Source: an uncultured Anaerolineales bacterium (GTDB taxonomy: Bacteria > Chloroflexota > Anaerolineae > UBA1429). Taken from it: 50,026 bases of DNA. The number at the start of each line of letters is the position of its first letter. Position 1 is the stretch's first letter. The stretch lies in the NCBI GenBank assembly GCA_964416075.1, contig CAYQDH010000002.1:1-50026 (forward strand). The letters run 5' to 3'. The notes under the pieces are model-generated. The model saw nothing but the letters and a program-made list of their open reading frames with translations, ran no database searches and was not told the origin of the DNA. This document shows, one piece after another, positions 18,510 to 26,962 of the stretch. The position numbers and the translations under genes were made by a program.

Positions 18510-19481
18510 ATGCCAATGGGAAACGAGCCGATTGCGCAGAAGACCCATGACGCCATGGGCACGGTGATGACCCACAAGGCGTTTGGCCCCCATGCCGAAG
18601 AGTGCCTGTCTGCGGTGTGTGAAGAGGTCGATCGCTTGGAGCAAGCCCTTAGTCGCTTTCTGCCCCGTAGTGACATCAGCCGTATCAACCGGTCTGCCGG
18701 GGTTCGGAGCGAAGAGGTGTCCTTGGACACGTACCAGGTCCTTACACAGGCCGCTGAGTTCTCCCGCACCTGCCGGGGATGCTTCGATGTCACCATTGGA
18801 CCTCTGGTCACGCTGTGGAGCTGCCACAAGGAGGCGTGCACCCCTCCCAATGAATCCAGCGTTCGGCAGGTCCTGCCTCTGGTGAACGCTCGGGACCTGG
18901 TGTTGGATCCAAGGCAAAGAACAGCCAGATTGGGAAAGGTGGGGCAGTCCATCGACCTGGGAGGGATCGGCAAGGGATATACCGGCGACAGGATCCTGGA
19001 GATCTACCAGCGGTATGGCGTCGCTTCGGCCTATTCCAACCTTGGCGGCAACGTCGTCACGCTGGGCTCAAAACCCGACGGCTCTCCCTGGCATATCGGC
19101 ATCCAGCACCCCCGGCAAGAGAACAAGATCATCGGAGCGGTCGCTGTGGAGGGCCAGACCGTGGTCACCTCCGGAGACTATCAGCGCTACTTTATCGACA
19201 GCCAGGGCAAAAGGCGCCATCATATCCTGAACCCTACCACCGGATATCCTGCGGAAGCTGGATTGATCAGCGTTTCCATCGTGGCGGACAGGTCGGTGGT
19301 AGCCGACGCCCTATCCACCATCTTGTTTGTGGAGGGAATGGACAAGGACCTTCATTTCCTGAGCAGGTTCCCTCGCACCGAAGCCATTCTCGTGGACTCG
19401 AGCTTGCAGGTCTATGTGACCCGAGGCCTGAGAAACCGCTTTCAAGCGGATCAGGGCATCGAGGTGACGATTCTGGATTGA
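18510..19481 (+). CDS. apbE: FAD:protein FMN transferase (ApbE family)
   Basis: AMGTVMT..., DISRINRSAG, DLGGIGKGYTGD, VTSGDYQRYF, HHILNPTTGYP. The start is either ATG 18510 or GTG 18498. Confidence 0.85.
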   Translation: MPMGNEPIAQKTHDAMGTVMTHKAFGPHAEECLSAVCEEVDRLEQALSRFLPRSDISRINRSAGVRSEEVSLDTYQVLTQAAEFSRTCRGCFDVTIGPLVTLWSCHKEACTPPNESSVRQVLPLVNARDLVLDPRQRTARLGKVGQSIDLGGIGKGYTGDRILEIYQRYGVASAYSNLGGNVVTLGSKPDGSPWHIGIQHPRQENKIIGAVAVEGQTVVTSGDYQRYFIDSQGKRRHHILNPTTGYPAEAGLISVSIVADRSVVADALSTILFVEGMDKDLHFLSRFPRTEAILVDSSLQVYVTRGLRNRFQADQGIEVTILD

Positions 19482-19499
19482 TCGAAAGGAGAAATCGCC

Positions 19500-19907
19500 A
19501 TGGTTGGTTGGATCATCGCGCTCATCGTTGTGGCCGGTTTGGGTGTAGCCGGAGGGATCGGCTGGTCAAAGCTATCCAAAGAGCACCGTGAAGCCAAGAA
19601 CCTTCCGCTCCAAGTTGTGGATTTCAGCACGCTGAAGGACGGCTCCTATCATGGGGACTATGCGGGTGGAATGTACAAATGGCGCGCCAACGAATGCCGG
19701 CTCACCGTGTCTTCAGGCCGAGTGACCGATATCCAGCTCGTTGGCACTCAAGACCCGGCTGCCAAGAATACGCAGCATCAGGAGCTCTATGATCGGGTCA
19801 TCCAGGCGCAGTCGCTGCAGGTGGACACCCTCAGCAGCGCCACCCTCACATCGAAAGCCTATCTGAAGGCGGTAGAGAGCGCACTGGTCCAGGCCCAGCA
19901 CAAATAG
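19500..19907 (+). CDS. Membrane-anchored FMN-binding domain protein (likely ApbE substrate)
   Basis: N-terminal TM segment MVGWIIALIVVAGLGVAGGIGW, then an FMN_bind-type domain with the flavinylation-type motif DTLSSATLTSKAY. Confidence 0.75.
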   Translation: MVGWIIALIVVAGLGVAGGIGWSKLSKEHREAKNLPLQVVDFSTLKDGSYHGDYAGGMYKWRANECRLTVSSGRVTDIQLVGTQDPAAKNTQHQELYDRVIQAQSLQVDTLSSATLTSKAYLKAVESALVQAQHK

Positions 19908-19930
19908 CAGCGCTCTACTGGAGGAGAAAC

Positions 19931-20965
19931 ATGCAGCTCAAACCTGTGCTCGCCAGCTACTCTGGCGAGTCGTTTGCCGCGATGCGGCGCTATCTGACCG
20001 ACGATGTCCTGCAGGTGATTGCCTGTGTGGCGCGTTCCCCCAAGCGTCGCGCGGAAATTTCGCCCGATGTGCTTGCCGAACTGGTCGAGATGCACGTGTT
20101 ACGCGAAGAGGACGACCGGGCGATGCTGGACACGTCGGTCTTCCTGCAAGAGGATATCGAGCGCATCGTAACCGCGGTCACGCCGCTGGCCCAGGAACTG
20201 TCCGGTCGCATCCTCGCCTGCGGCTCCGATTTTGCCGAGGCCGCTCCCCAAGTAACCCTCTTCCTGGGTGGGATCATCGGCGTGGTGCAGGGGCCGGGCG
20301 CATCACTCAAGCGAAAGAATGTCGGGGTGGAGTGGTGGAATTATCCGGGCCGCTATGCCCGGGCCAAGGTTGATTTCGATGAACTATGCGATGCCTATCA
20401 TGCCTTGGGGCCCGATTTCCTCAACAAGACAGTGCTCCAGGGCGAACGATACATCGCTGTGTTTATCGGTCCAGGGGGAGACAACTTTGAGTCGTTGCTC
20501 TACGGCAAGGACCCCTCGGACATGAACCGGCGGTATATCGCGTCCCTGAACCACTATTTGCCGGATCTCTACGCCGGGCTGGTGGCTGGTGAGTACGAGA
20601 GCCAGTCGCTGCAAGCGGCGGCGGAGATAGCCGGCCTCTATGATCACGGCAGGTCTCGCACCGCCGTGATCACCGCCGAGATGGTTCAGCGCTACGAGCC
20701 GGCCATCCGGGCGATCATCGAGACGGCCTCCGCCTACTATGAAGGCCAACTGGATCGCCTTGAGGTGCTGTTGCGCTCCACGACCCCGGGAAGACAGGGC
20801 GTGCCATTTGCCAACCTGGTGTTGAATCTATGGCGATATATCCGCAAGCTGACAGCCCGGGAGCTCTACACCGCGGGTTTCCTCACCGATGACCTCCCCA
20901 CCCAGGGGACTATCACCGTATTCTATGAGCGTAATATCCCCTTGCTCAAGCAACTCCTCCTGTAG
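19931..20965 (+). CDS. Hypothetical protein (344 aa), co-oriented with the flavinylation genes
   Basis: A long ORF with coding-like composition, 23 nt after the preceding gene, with GGAGGAG upstream. I recognise no family. Confidence 0.5.
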   Translation: MQLKPVLASYSGESFAAMRRYLTDDVLQVIACVARSPKRRAEISPDVLAELVEMHVLREEDDRAMLDTSVFLQEDIERIVTAVTPLAQELSGRILACGSDFAEAAPQVTLFLGGIIGVVQGPGASLKRKNVGVEWWNYPGRYARAKVDFDELCDAYHALGPDFLNKTVLQGERYIAVFIGPGGDNFESLLYGKDPSDMNRRYIASLNHYLPDLYAGLVAGEYESQSLQAAAEIAGLYDHGRSRTAVITAEMVQRYEPAIRAIIETASAYYEGQLDRLEVLLRSTTPGRQGVPFANLVLNLWRYIRKLTARELYTAGFLTDDLPTQGTITVFYERNIPLLKQLLL

Positions 20966-21220
20966 GTCAATTATGTCGCTCGTTCTTATGTGGCAGGAGG
21001 CAGATACCACGAATGTGGTAGGGCGACCGTACCACGTGCGTAGGATCGGACCGTGAGCCCAGCGCTCCTTTTTCACCAGTCAGGAACCCCTCATTCAAGC
21101 GATGACGTCCAAGAGGGAATCTGCCATGATGGAGCTATCACGCGTCTAGGAGATTGAAATGCACACACCTCTTATTGTAGTCAGTCGCCCTCTCGGCACG
21201 GCGAGCTAGGCGGCGCGAGC

Positions 21221-21592
21221 ATGGCGAAACCATTGTTAGTGCTCGTCGTCGACGATCAGCCGCGAGCTCGCAAGAGCCTGAAGGCATTGCTGTCCACCTG
21301 GCCGCGGGTGGGAGCGATCCACGAGGCTAGCAACGGCCGCGAAGCAATTGAACGCGTGCAGGAGCGTCAGCCCGATGTGGTACTGATGGATGTGCGTATG
21401 CCCGAGATCGACGGCCTGCAGGCCACCAGGCAGATCGTGGTGTGTTGGCCCCAAGTGAAGGTTGTCGTCCTGTCCATGTACGCCGAACATCGGAGCGAAG
21501 CTTTGGCCGCTGGCGCCATCGCCTTTGTCGGCAAGGAAGAAGCTCCGGACAGACTGCTGGACGTACTGTCGAGTGTTCTGCAAGGAGCCTGA
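21221..21592 (+). CDS. Stand-alone response-regulator receiver (CheY-like)
   Basis: LVLVVDDQPRARKSL...VVLMDVRMPEIDGLQATRQI...VVVLSMY...AIAFVGKE, which contains the canonical DD/D/T(S)/K receiver residues. Confidence 0.85.
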   Translation: MAKPLLVLVVDDQPRARKSLKALLSTWPRVGAIHEASNGREAIERVQERQPDVVLMDVRMPEIDGLQATRQIVVCWPQVKVVVLSMYAEHRSEALAAGAIAFVGKEEAPDRLLDVLSSVLQGA

Positions 21593-21697
21593 GTTGAGCA
21601 ACCACTATGCGAGCCAAGTGCATGGCCTGCACATCGGCATGGCCAACCTCGTTCGGCTCGAGTGGCAGTAGACCGGGCAAAAGGAGTGAATGTTCCC

Positions 21698-21868
21698 ATG
21701 GTACAAAAAAACAAGCCCTGGGAGGTTGCTAGGTCCGCCGTCTCAGGGATGGCCATAGGCGCCGCGTTGGGCCTGCTCTTCGGCCTGATGTTGGCTGACG
21801 GTGCTACACTCTTCCTAGTCGCCGGGGCGGTCTTCGGCGCCGTGATCGGCGCGGTCTGGGAGCTATAG
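21698..21868 (+). CDS. Small Gly/Ala-rich membrane protein (about 56 aa)
   Basis: MVQKNKPWEVARSAVSGMAIGAALGLLFGLMLADGATLFLVAGAVFGAVIGAVWEL has two glycine-zipper-like TM segments. AAGGAG lies about 12 nt upstream of ATG 21698. Confidence 0.4.
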   Translation: MVQKNKPWEVARSAVSGMAIGAALGLLFGLMLADGATLFLVAGAVFGAVIGAVWEL

Positions 21869-21970
21869 GCTCAGGGGATGGCGCAGCACGATCTCTTCCT
21901 CGCGCTCGCGGCGCCTCAGTCACACCGACCGCCGGGGCATTCTACTTGAGTGGCTTGGGTTGGCCCGATC

Positions 21971-22666
21971 TCAGCTTGGCGCGGATGCCACTGTCGCCGT
22001 CTGTGGCCACGTGGCCGTGATCTTCGCGATCCGCTCCTTGAACTCATCGTAAACCCGCTCCGCCTCTTCGCGGCTCTCGACCCCCGTCACGTGGAGCGCG
22101 CAGCGCAGGTCGGGCGCCAGCAAGCGCTCCAACAACGCGACCTCTCCCTTGTTGATCCGCACCTTGAGGATTATGCCGCTCCCGCGGTAGCCATCGCGCA
22201 GCGATTCGGGCGCATTGGGCGATGGGTCCGAGTCGCGTACCAGGATGCTGGCCGATGTCTCCATCTGTTGTAGATGTGGCGTTCGCCGTTGTGCCGGGAT
22301 GTTGTGCCCGATGACGCCGCACGAATGGATCGCCAGGCCGCCGAAATGGCGCGCCAGGTGCGCGTTGTAGGGCATGGCCGCGGTCTCGTAGGCGCACGGG
22401 GACAGGATCGCCATGTTGTCGTCGCTGATCGATATCCCCACCCACGCCGGGTGGCAAATCATCTGGTGGCCGGGCAGCGACAGGTGTTGTCGTTCCACAT
22501 GTCCCAGGCCGGGATGATCATCACCGGCACCTCGCGCGGGCGGCGCCCCTGAGCCCATTCCCCGAGGTACGCCTCGCGCTCCGCCTTTACGGCGAGATAC
22601 CGGTCATACGGAAACGCGCGCGGATCGATCTGTTTGTCGTCCATGTCATACCCCCTCGTCGATGCT
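21971..22666 (-). pseudogene. Frameshifted gene of uncertain family (weak URO-D/methyltransferase-like TIM-barrel pattern)
   Basis: The N-terminal part MDDKQIDPRAFPYDRYLAVKAEREAYLGEW...VPVMIIPAWDMWNDNT is in the frame of ORF 22459..22710. The continuation LSLPGHQMICHPAWVGISISDDNMAILSP...IHSCG is in the frame of ORF 21971..22558. The junction is near 22472-22486. Confidence 0.5.
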
Positions 22667-22874
22667 CCCAAGATGGGCGCCCCAATCCCCATGCCAGGTT
22701 GCGCCGGCACCCCAACGGGCCGCGCGGTAACCTTCGGGCGTCACCATTATCGTACATGGCTGACCCGGATGTGTGAACTTGAACGGGTCACGTGGCTGTG
22801 CAACGTCACCTGGACGGCGGGTAGCCCTTCGTGCTATAGTGGATGGACCACACTTTCCACTCGAGGAATGACCC

Positions 22875-24176
22875 GTGACCCAACCACTCACCGCCGTCAT
22901 CGTCGGCGCGGGACACCGCGCCCTTACCTATGCCTCTTACGCCCAGAGCCATCCACAGGAGCTGCGCATCGTGGGCGTGGCTGACCCCATCTCGTTGCGC
23001 CGTGAAAAGGTAGCGGCCTTGTACAACCTGCCGCCGGAGCGCTGCTACGCCACCGCCGAGGATCTGGCCGCGCAGCCCAAGTTGGCCGACTGCGTGATCA
23101 ACGGCACCATGGATCATCAGCACGTGCCCACCTCGCTGCCCTTGCTCGAGGCGGGCTATGACATGCTGCTGGAAAAACCCTTTGCCACCCACGAGGCTGA
23201 GATGTGGACGCTGGTGCAGGCCGCGCGGCGGTTGGAGCGCACCATCGCCATCTGCCATGTGCTGCGCTATGCTCCCTTTTACGCGGCCATACGCCGCGCC
23301 GTGCTCGGCGATGCCATCGGCCAGATCATCAACATCCAGGCCGTCGAGCATGTCTCCTACCATCACATGGCCGTCGGTTTTGTGCGCGGCAAGTGGGCAC
23401 GCAAAGACCTCTGCCATTCCAGCATGCTCATGGCCAAGTGTTGCCACGACCTGGATCTGATCGCCTGGATGAAGAGCGGCGTGCGCCCGCAGCGAGTCGC
23501 CAGCGTGGGCAGCAACGTGCAATTCCGCCCCGAGCGCGCCCCGGCCGGCGCCGGCACGCGCTGCCTCGTGGATTGCCCCATCGAGCCCACCTGTCTCTAT
23601 TCCGCCCGCAAGCACTACCTCGACCATCCCCATCGCTGGGCCTTTTACGTCTGGCAGCCCCTCGAGCACCTCGCCTCGCCCACCATGGACGATATGGTCG
23701 CGTCCCTTAAAGGGGATAGTCCCTATGGTCGTTGTGTGTACAAGTGCGACAACGACGTTGTCGACCACCAATCGGTGGTCATCGAGTTCGCCGATGGCTG
23801 CACCGCCACCCTCAACATGGTCGGCGGAAGCAGCAAGCCCTCGCGCTCGTTGCATCTCATCGGCACGCACGGCGAGATACAGGGCGTCCTGGAGGATTCG
23901 CACTTTGTGATCCGTCACATCAACCCACGTCCGGGCTACGAATACTCGGAGGATCTGGTCGATCTGACGGTGCAAGGCGACGCGAGCGGCGCCTTTGGCG
24001 GTCACGCCGGCGGCGATATGCGCCTGGTCGCCGATTTCCTGCGCGAGCTGCGCGGCGAGCCCCGCTCCATCTCTTCCACCCGCCTGGAGGACTCGGTCAC
24101 GGGCCACCTGCTGGGGTTCTGTGCCGACCGCGCCATGGAGGAGCGCCGCATGGTGGAGGTGGTCTACCGCGTCTGA
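22875..24176 (+). CDS. Gfo/Idh/MocA family oxidoreductase
   Basis: Rossmann N-terminus TAVIVGAGHRALTYA...RIVGVADP and the EKP motif (MLLEKPFA). GTG 22875 has GAGGAA upstream. Confidence 0.85.
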   Translation: MTQPLTAVIVGAGHRALTYASYAQSHPQELRIVGVADPISLRREKVAALYNLPPERCYATAEDLAAQPKLADCVINGTMDHQHVPTSLPLLEAGYDMLLEKPFATHEAEMWTLVQAARRLERTIAICHVLRYAPFYAAIRRAVLGDAIGQIINIQAVEHVSYHHMAVGFVRGKWARKDLCHSSMLMAKCCHDLDLIAWMKSGVRPQRVASVGSNVQFRPERAPAGAGTRCLVDCPIEPTCLYSARKHYLDHPHRWAFYVWQPLEHLASPTMDDMVASLKGDSPYGRCVYKCDNDVVDHQSVVIEFADGCTATLNMVGGSSKPSRSLHLIGTHGEIQGVLEDSHFVIRHINPRPGYEYSEDLVDLTVQGDASGAFGGHAGGDMRLVADFLRELRGEPRSISSTRLEDSVTGHLLGFCADRAMEERRMVEVVYRV

Positions 24177-24200
24177 CGAAACACGCGCCCGCCGTGCCGG

Positions 24201-25583
24201 CTACAACGCGATGGCCTTGACGCCCGTCAGCTCGCAAAAAGCGAGCAGGTCCTCGTACAGCTGTGCGCCATAGCCCAGGCAGGCATACTCGTTGTTCCAC
24301 GCCTCCACCAGGGCGTCCATATCGCAATGCGTGGTGACGAATGCATGAGGCCAGAACGGGATGCCGCACTCGTTCCGGCGCGCCTCGAGCTGCTCCGCCG
24401 GCGGCTCAAACACCGTGCAACGTGTCAACACCATCTCGAATTGGCCATCGTTTCGCCCCAGCCTGGCCAGGACGCCCTCGCCCGCCTTGCATACCAGCTT
24501 GACCGACAGGCCGCCTGCCTGGCCCTCCGTCGGGATGCCATGCTCCGCAAAGCCGGCCGGCTCCAGCTTGCCCGCCAACGAGGGGGGACAGGCGCCGTCG
24601 CCGATGATCTTGATCTCTTTTTTGGCCTTGTCGATGTGCTGTAAATCGCCATAGTAGACGCGCTCCCCGCTCAGGTCGGTGAGCAGTTTGACGGTCATGG
24701 CCGTGTTGAAATCACTCAGCGTCGAAGCGCCGATCCCGTCCTCCAGCATCATGCTCTGCGCAAAACAGGTGGCGCTATACTCATCGCCCAACCCGGGGAA
24801 GGACTGGATGGTGTACCAGTCGAAACCCTCACGTGCTACCAGCTTTTTCAGCGCCAGGTAGAGGCGGATAGAACGGTCCGCCACCTCGCCCTGGGGTATC
24901 GGGTCACGAAAGAGCCCCTGGATCCTCTGGCGCGCGTCGCTCAGCTCCTGGTCTGTGACACCACTCGCCGTTCTGATCAGGTCGGTCGTGTCTCGCGAAT
25001 CGATGTCCACACCAAAGACCTTCATCCATTGCGAAGGGTCGGCCACGCCGCAGCTTTGCCCCATGCCGCGACCGCCGAATACGCCGATGGTGCTCATGTT
25101 GAGCCGGTTTCGCTCGTGACTGGCGCGGCAGTAGGCGGCTATGCGCTCGATGGCCTTCGGATCGTCGTAGCTGCCATACACGAAGCGATGCGGCAGGCCG
25201 ATCTCCTTCAACGCCCCGTGCATCACCAGGCCCCCGACCGGCCGCCACCCCTGCGACCCTGGGTTGGTCCAAAGGATGATCCCCTTCCCCGTCATGCCGA
25301 AATCGCGCAGCGCGGCAACCAGATGCGCGGCCCACACCCATGTTCCCGAATAGAGCACCACGGCGTCGAGATCGTCCATCGCCTTGAACTTGCGAAAGCA
25401 ATCCCGCGCCTCTTGCTTGGTGGCCAGGATCACATCGTGTCCGATAAGCTCTAGGCCGGCCTTCTGCAGAGCCATCTTGGCGCTACCGACCAACCTGTCG
25501 TCGATAAAGGGGTTCCCCATAGGATCCAGGAGACCGTCTTTGTGCACGCCGTATACGATGAATCCCACCCGAGGTCTGATCAT
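24201..25583 (-). CDS. L-fucose/L-arabinose isomerase family protein
   Basis: 460 aa. RVGFIVYGVHKDG..., the AVVLYSGTWVWAAH pattern and the overall length are typical of the family. The call is from memory. Confidence 0.7.
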   Translation of the reverse strand: MIRPRVGFIVYGVHKDGLLDPMGNPFIDDRLVGSAKMALQKAGLELIGHDVILATKQEARDCFRKFKAMDDLDAVVLYSGTWVWAAHLVAALRDFGMTGKGIILWTNPGSQGWRPVGGLVMHGALKEIGLPHRFVYGSYDDPKAIERIAAYCRASHERNRLNMSTIGVFGGRGMGQSCGVADPSQWMKVFGVDIDSRDTTDLIRTASGVTDQELSDARQRIQGLFRDPIPQGEVADRSIRLYLALKKLVAREGFDWYTIQSFPGLGDEYSATCFAQSMMLEDGIGASTLSDFNTAMTVKLLTDLSGERVYYGDLQHIDKAKKEIKIIGDGACPPSLAGKLEPAGFAEHGIPTEGQAGGLSVKLVCKAGEGVLARLGRNDGQFEMVLTRCTVFEPPAEQLEARRNECGIPFWPHAFVTTHCDMDALVEAWNNEYACLGYGAQLYEDLLAFCELTGVKAIAL

Positions 25584-25606
25584 TATTGCTTAATCCTTTC
25601 CCCAAA

Positions 25607-26692
25607 CTATGCCTTGTCAAGCCCGATCTTGCTCAACTCCCTCAAGCCGGGCACGAGCTTCAGCGCGTTCTCATAGTATATCTTGCGCAACACCTCGGCC
25701 GGCAGGCCGAGGCCGTAAATGGGCCATCGATGCCTCCCAAAGGTTCCATCATAGTCGGGTGCGTAAAAGAACTCGTCGAACGTTTCCAAGAACCGGAAAT
25801 AACAGCGGTACATTTCCGGGGAGACCGGCATGTCGGTGCCAAAGATGATTCGGTCCTGATAGCGAATCATGAATTCGCGCGCGGCATAGGGCTGGCGACC
25901 CAGCTCGTCGAGGCGCGCCGAAAAATCGATGTAAGCATTGGGGTTTTCATCCAAGAGCCGACCGACGTAGCCCAGATCCTCGGGATAATTCGCCACGTGC
26001 GCCAGTATAAAGGTGGTGTTGCGGTGACGGCGAATGAGATTGTCGCGGCGCTGCATGAGCTCCGCTTTGCGCGGGAATTTGGGGTCGGCAAAGCTCCACG
26101 AAGGATACTTGCTCAGCGTCTCATAGTGCTCGTTCTCGGGTGTGATCGGATCGAAAAAGGCCGCCGGGTCCGACTGGTGGATGAGCACGGGGATGCCCAG
26201 CCTGCCAGGCTCTTCCCAGATGGGGGCCAGCCGAGGATCATCCACGGTGACCAGGTCCCCTTCACCGTCTCGGTAATGCAGCCCGAGTTCTTTGAGCACC
26301 TTCAGCCCACGGGCGCCGAGGGCCACGTGCCTGCGCAAAAGCGCGAGGGTCTCGGCCACGAATTGCCCTGCATCGCGGAATAGCGGCTCGTTTCCGGGCT
26401 GTGCCAAGGTGGCTGTGGTGAAACCGTAGAACCGTCCAGGGTGGCGCTCGACGCAGCTGGCGAGAAACCCCTCGAAACTGCCTTGGCTCACCATGTAGCC
26501 GCCCTCGACCCAGGCCAGCGACACGTTCGCCGTCAGGTCGCAGTAGCTTACGACGCCCACCTGATCCATCATGCCCACCATGCTGTCCACGCCAGCCCAG
26601 TTACCCCATAGATGGTTATGCGCATCGATGACCGGAAACGCCGCTCTCTCTGGAATATGTTCTTCGCGAACCAAATAGGATCTGGTCTTCAT
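25607..26692 (-). CDS. Amidohydrolase-2 family metal-dependent hydrolase (TIM barrel)
   Basis: The VIDAHNHLW metal-binding motif near the N-terminus, later IPVLIHQSD and ILAHVANYP, and FGTDMP near the C-terminus. Confidence 0.8.
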   Translation of the reverse strand: MKTRSYLVREEHIPERAAFPVIDAHNHLWGNWAGVDSMVGMMDQVGVVSYCDLTANVSLAWVEGGYMVSQGSFEGFLASCVERHPGRFYGFTTATLAQPGNEPLFRDAGQFVAETLALLRRHVALGARGLKVLKELGLHYRDGEGDLVTVDDPRLAPIWEEPGRLGIPVLIHQSDPAAFFDPITPENEHYETLSKYPSWSFADPKFPRKAELMQRRDNLIRRHRNTTFILAHVANYPEDLGYVGRLLDENPNAYIDFSARLDELGRQPYAAREFMIRYQDRIIFGTDMPVSPEMYRCYFRFLETFDEFFYAPDYDGTFGRHRWPIYGLGLPAEVLRKIYYENALKLVPGLRELSKIGLDKA

Positions 26693-26741
26693 CGCCTGCC
26701 ACTCCTGTTCACGAGTATGGATTCATCGGCTTCAGTGTTCC

Positions 26742-26803
26742 CATGGGGTCGATGCGCCGCATGGGGTTCATGCGCCGCATGGGGTTCATGCGCCGCATGG
26801 GAC
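26742..26803. repeat. 18-bp tandem repeat (about 3.3 copies), each junction forming the palindrome ATGCGCCGCAT
   Basis: CATGGGGTCGATGCGCCG, CATGGGGTTCATGCGCCG, CATGGGGTTCATGCGCCG, then CATGGGAC.... It sits in the 270-bp divergent intergenic region between the amidohydrolase and heparinase-like genes. Confidence 0.9.
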
Positions 26804-26962
26804 ATTGTAGTATGCTACGGTGTAAAAAAGCAATCCTGCGGACCGCTACAGAGCGATGGCCCTTGCCACCTTTTAGGCCCTGATTGTGGCAGGCTTGCCG
26901 TTGACACCGCGGGAGCAGCATCGTATAGTCACGTGGTACGAATCCCCGAGTGCGAGACGAAT

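Noticed and set aside
22806-24107. A 433-aa ORF on the minus strand, the same length as the plus-strand oxidoreductase ORF it mirrors.
   Set aside because: It is an antisense shadow ORF typical of high-GC DNA. Its translation is Ala/Gly/Arg/His-rich with no recognisable motifs, whereas the plus strand carries a clear Rossmann/EKP Gfo/Idh/MocA pattern.
26612-26962. The 5' extension of the heparinase-like ORF, which translates the 18-bp repeat as WGSCAAWGSCAAWGSCAAW, and the mirror ORF 26709..26969 with RRMNPMRRMNPM.
   Set aside because: The extension overlaps the start of the divergent amidohydrolase gene and covers the intergenic promoter region. The peptide repeat is a by-product of the DNA tandem repeat. 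The credible start is ATG 26963.
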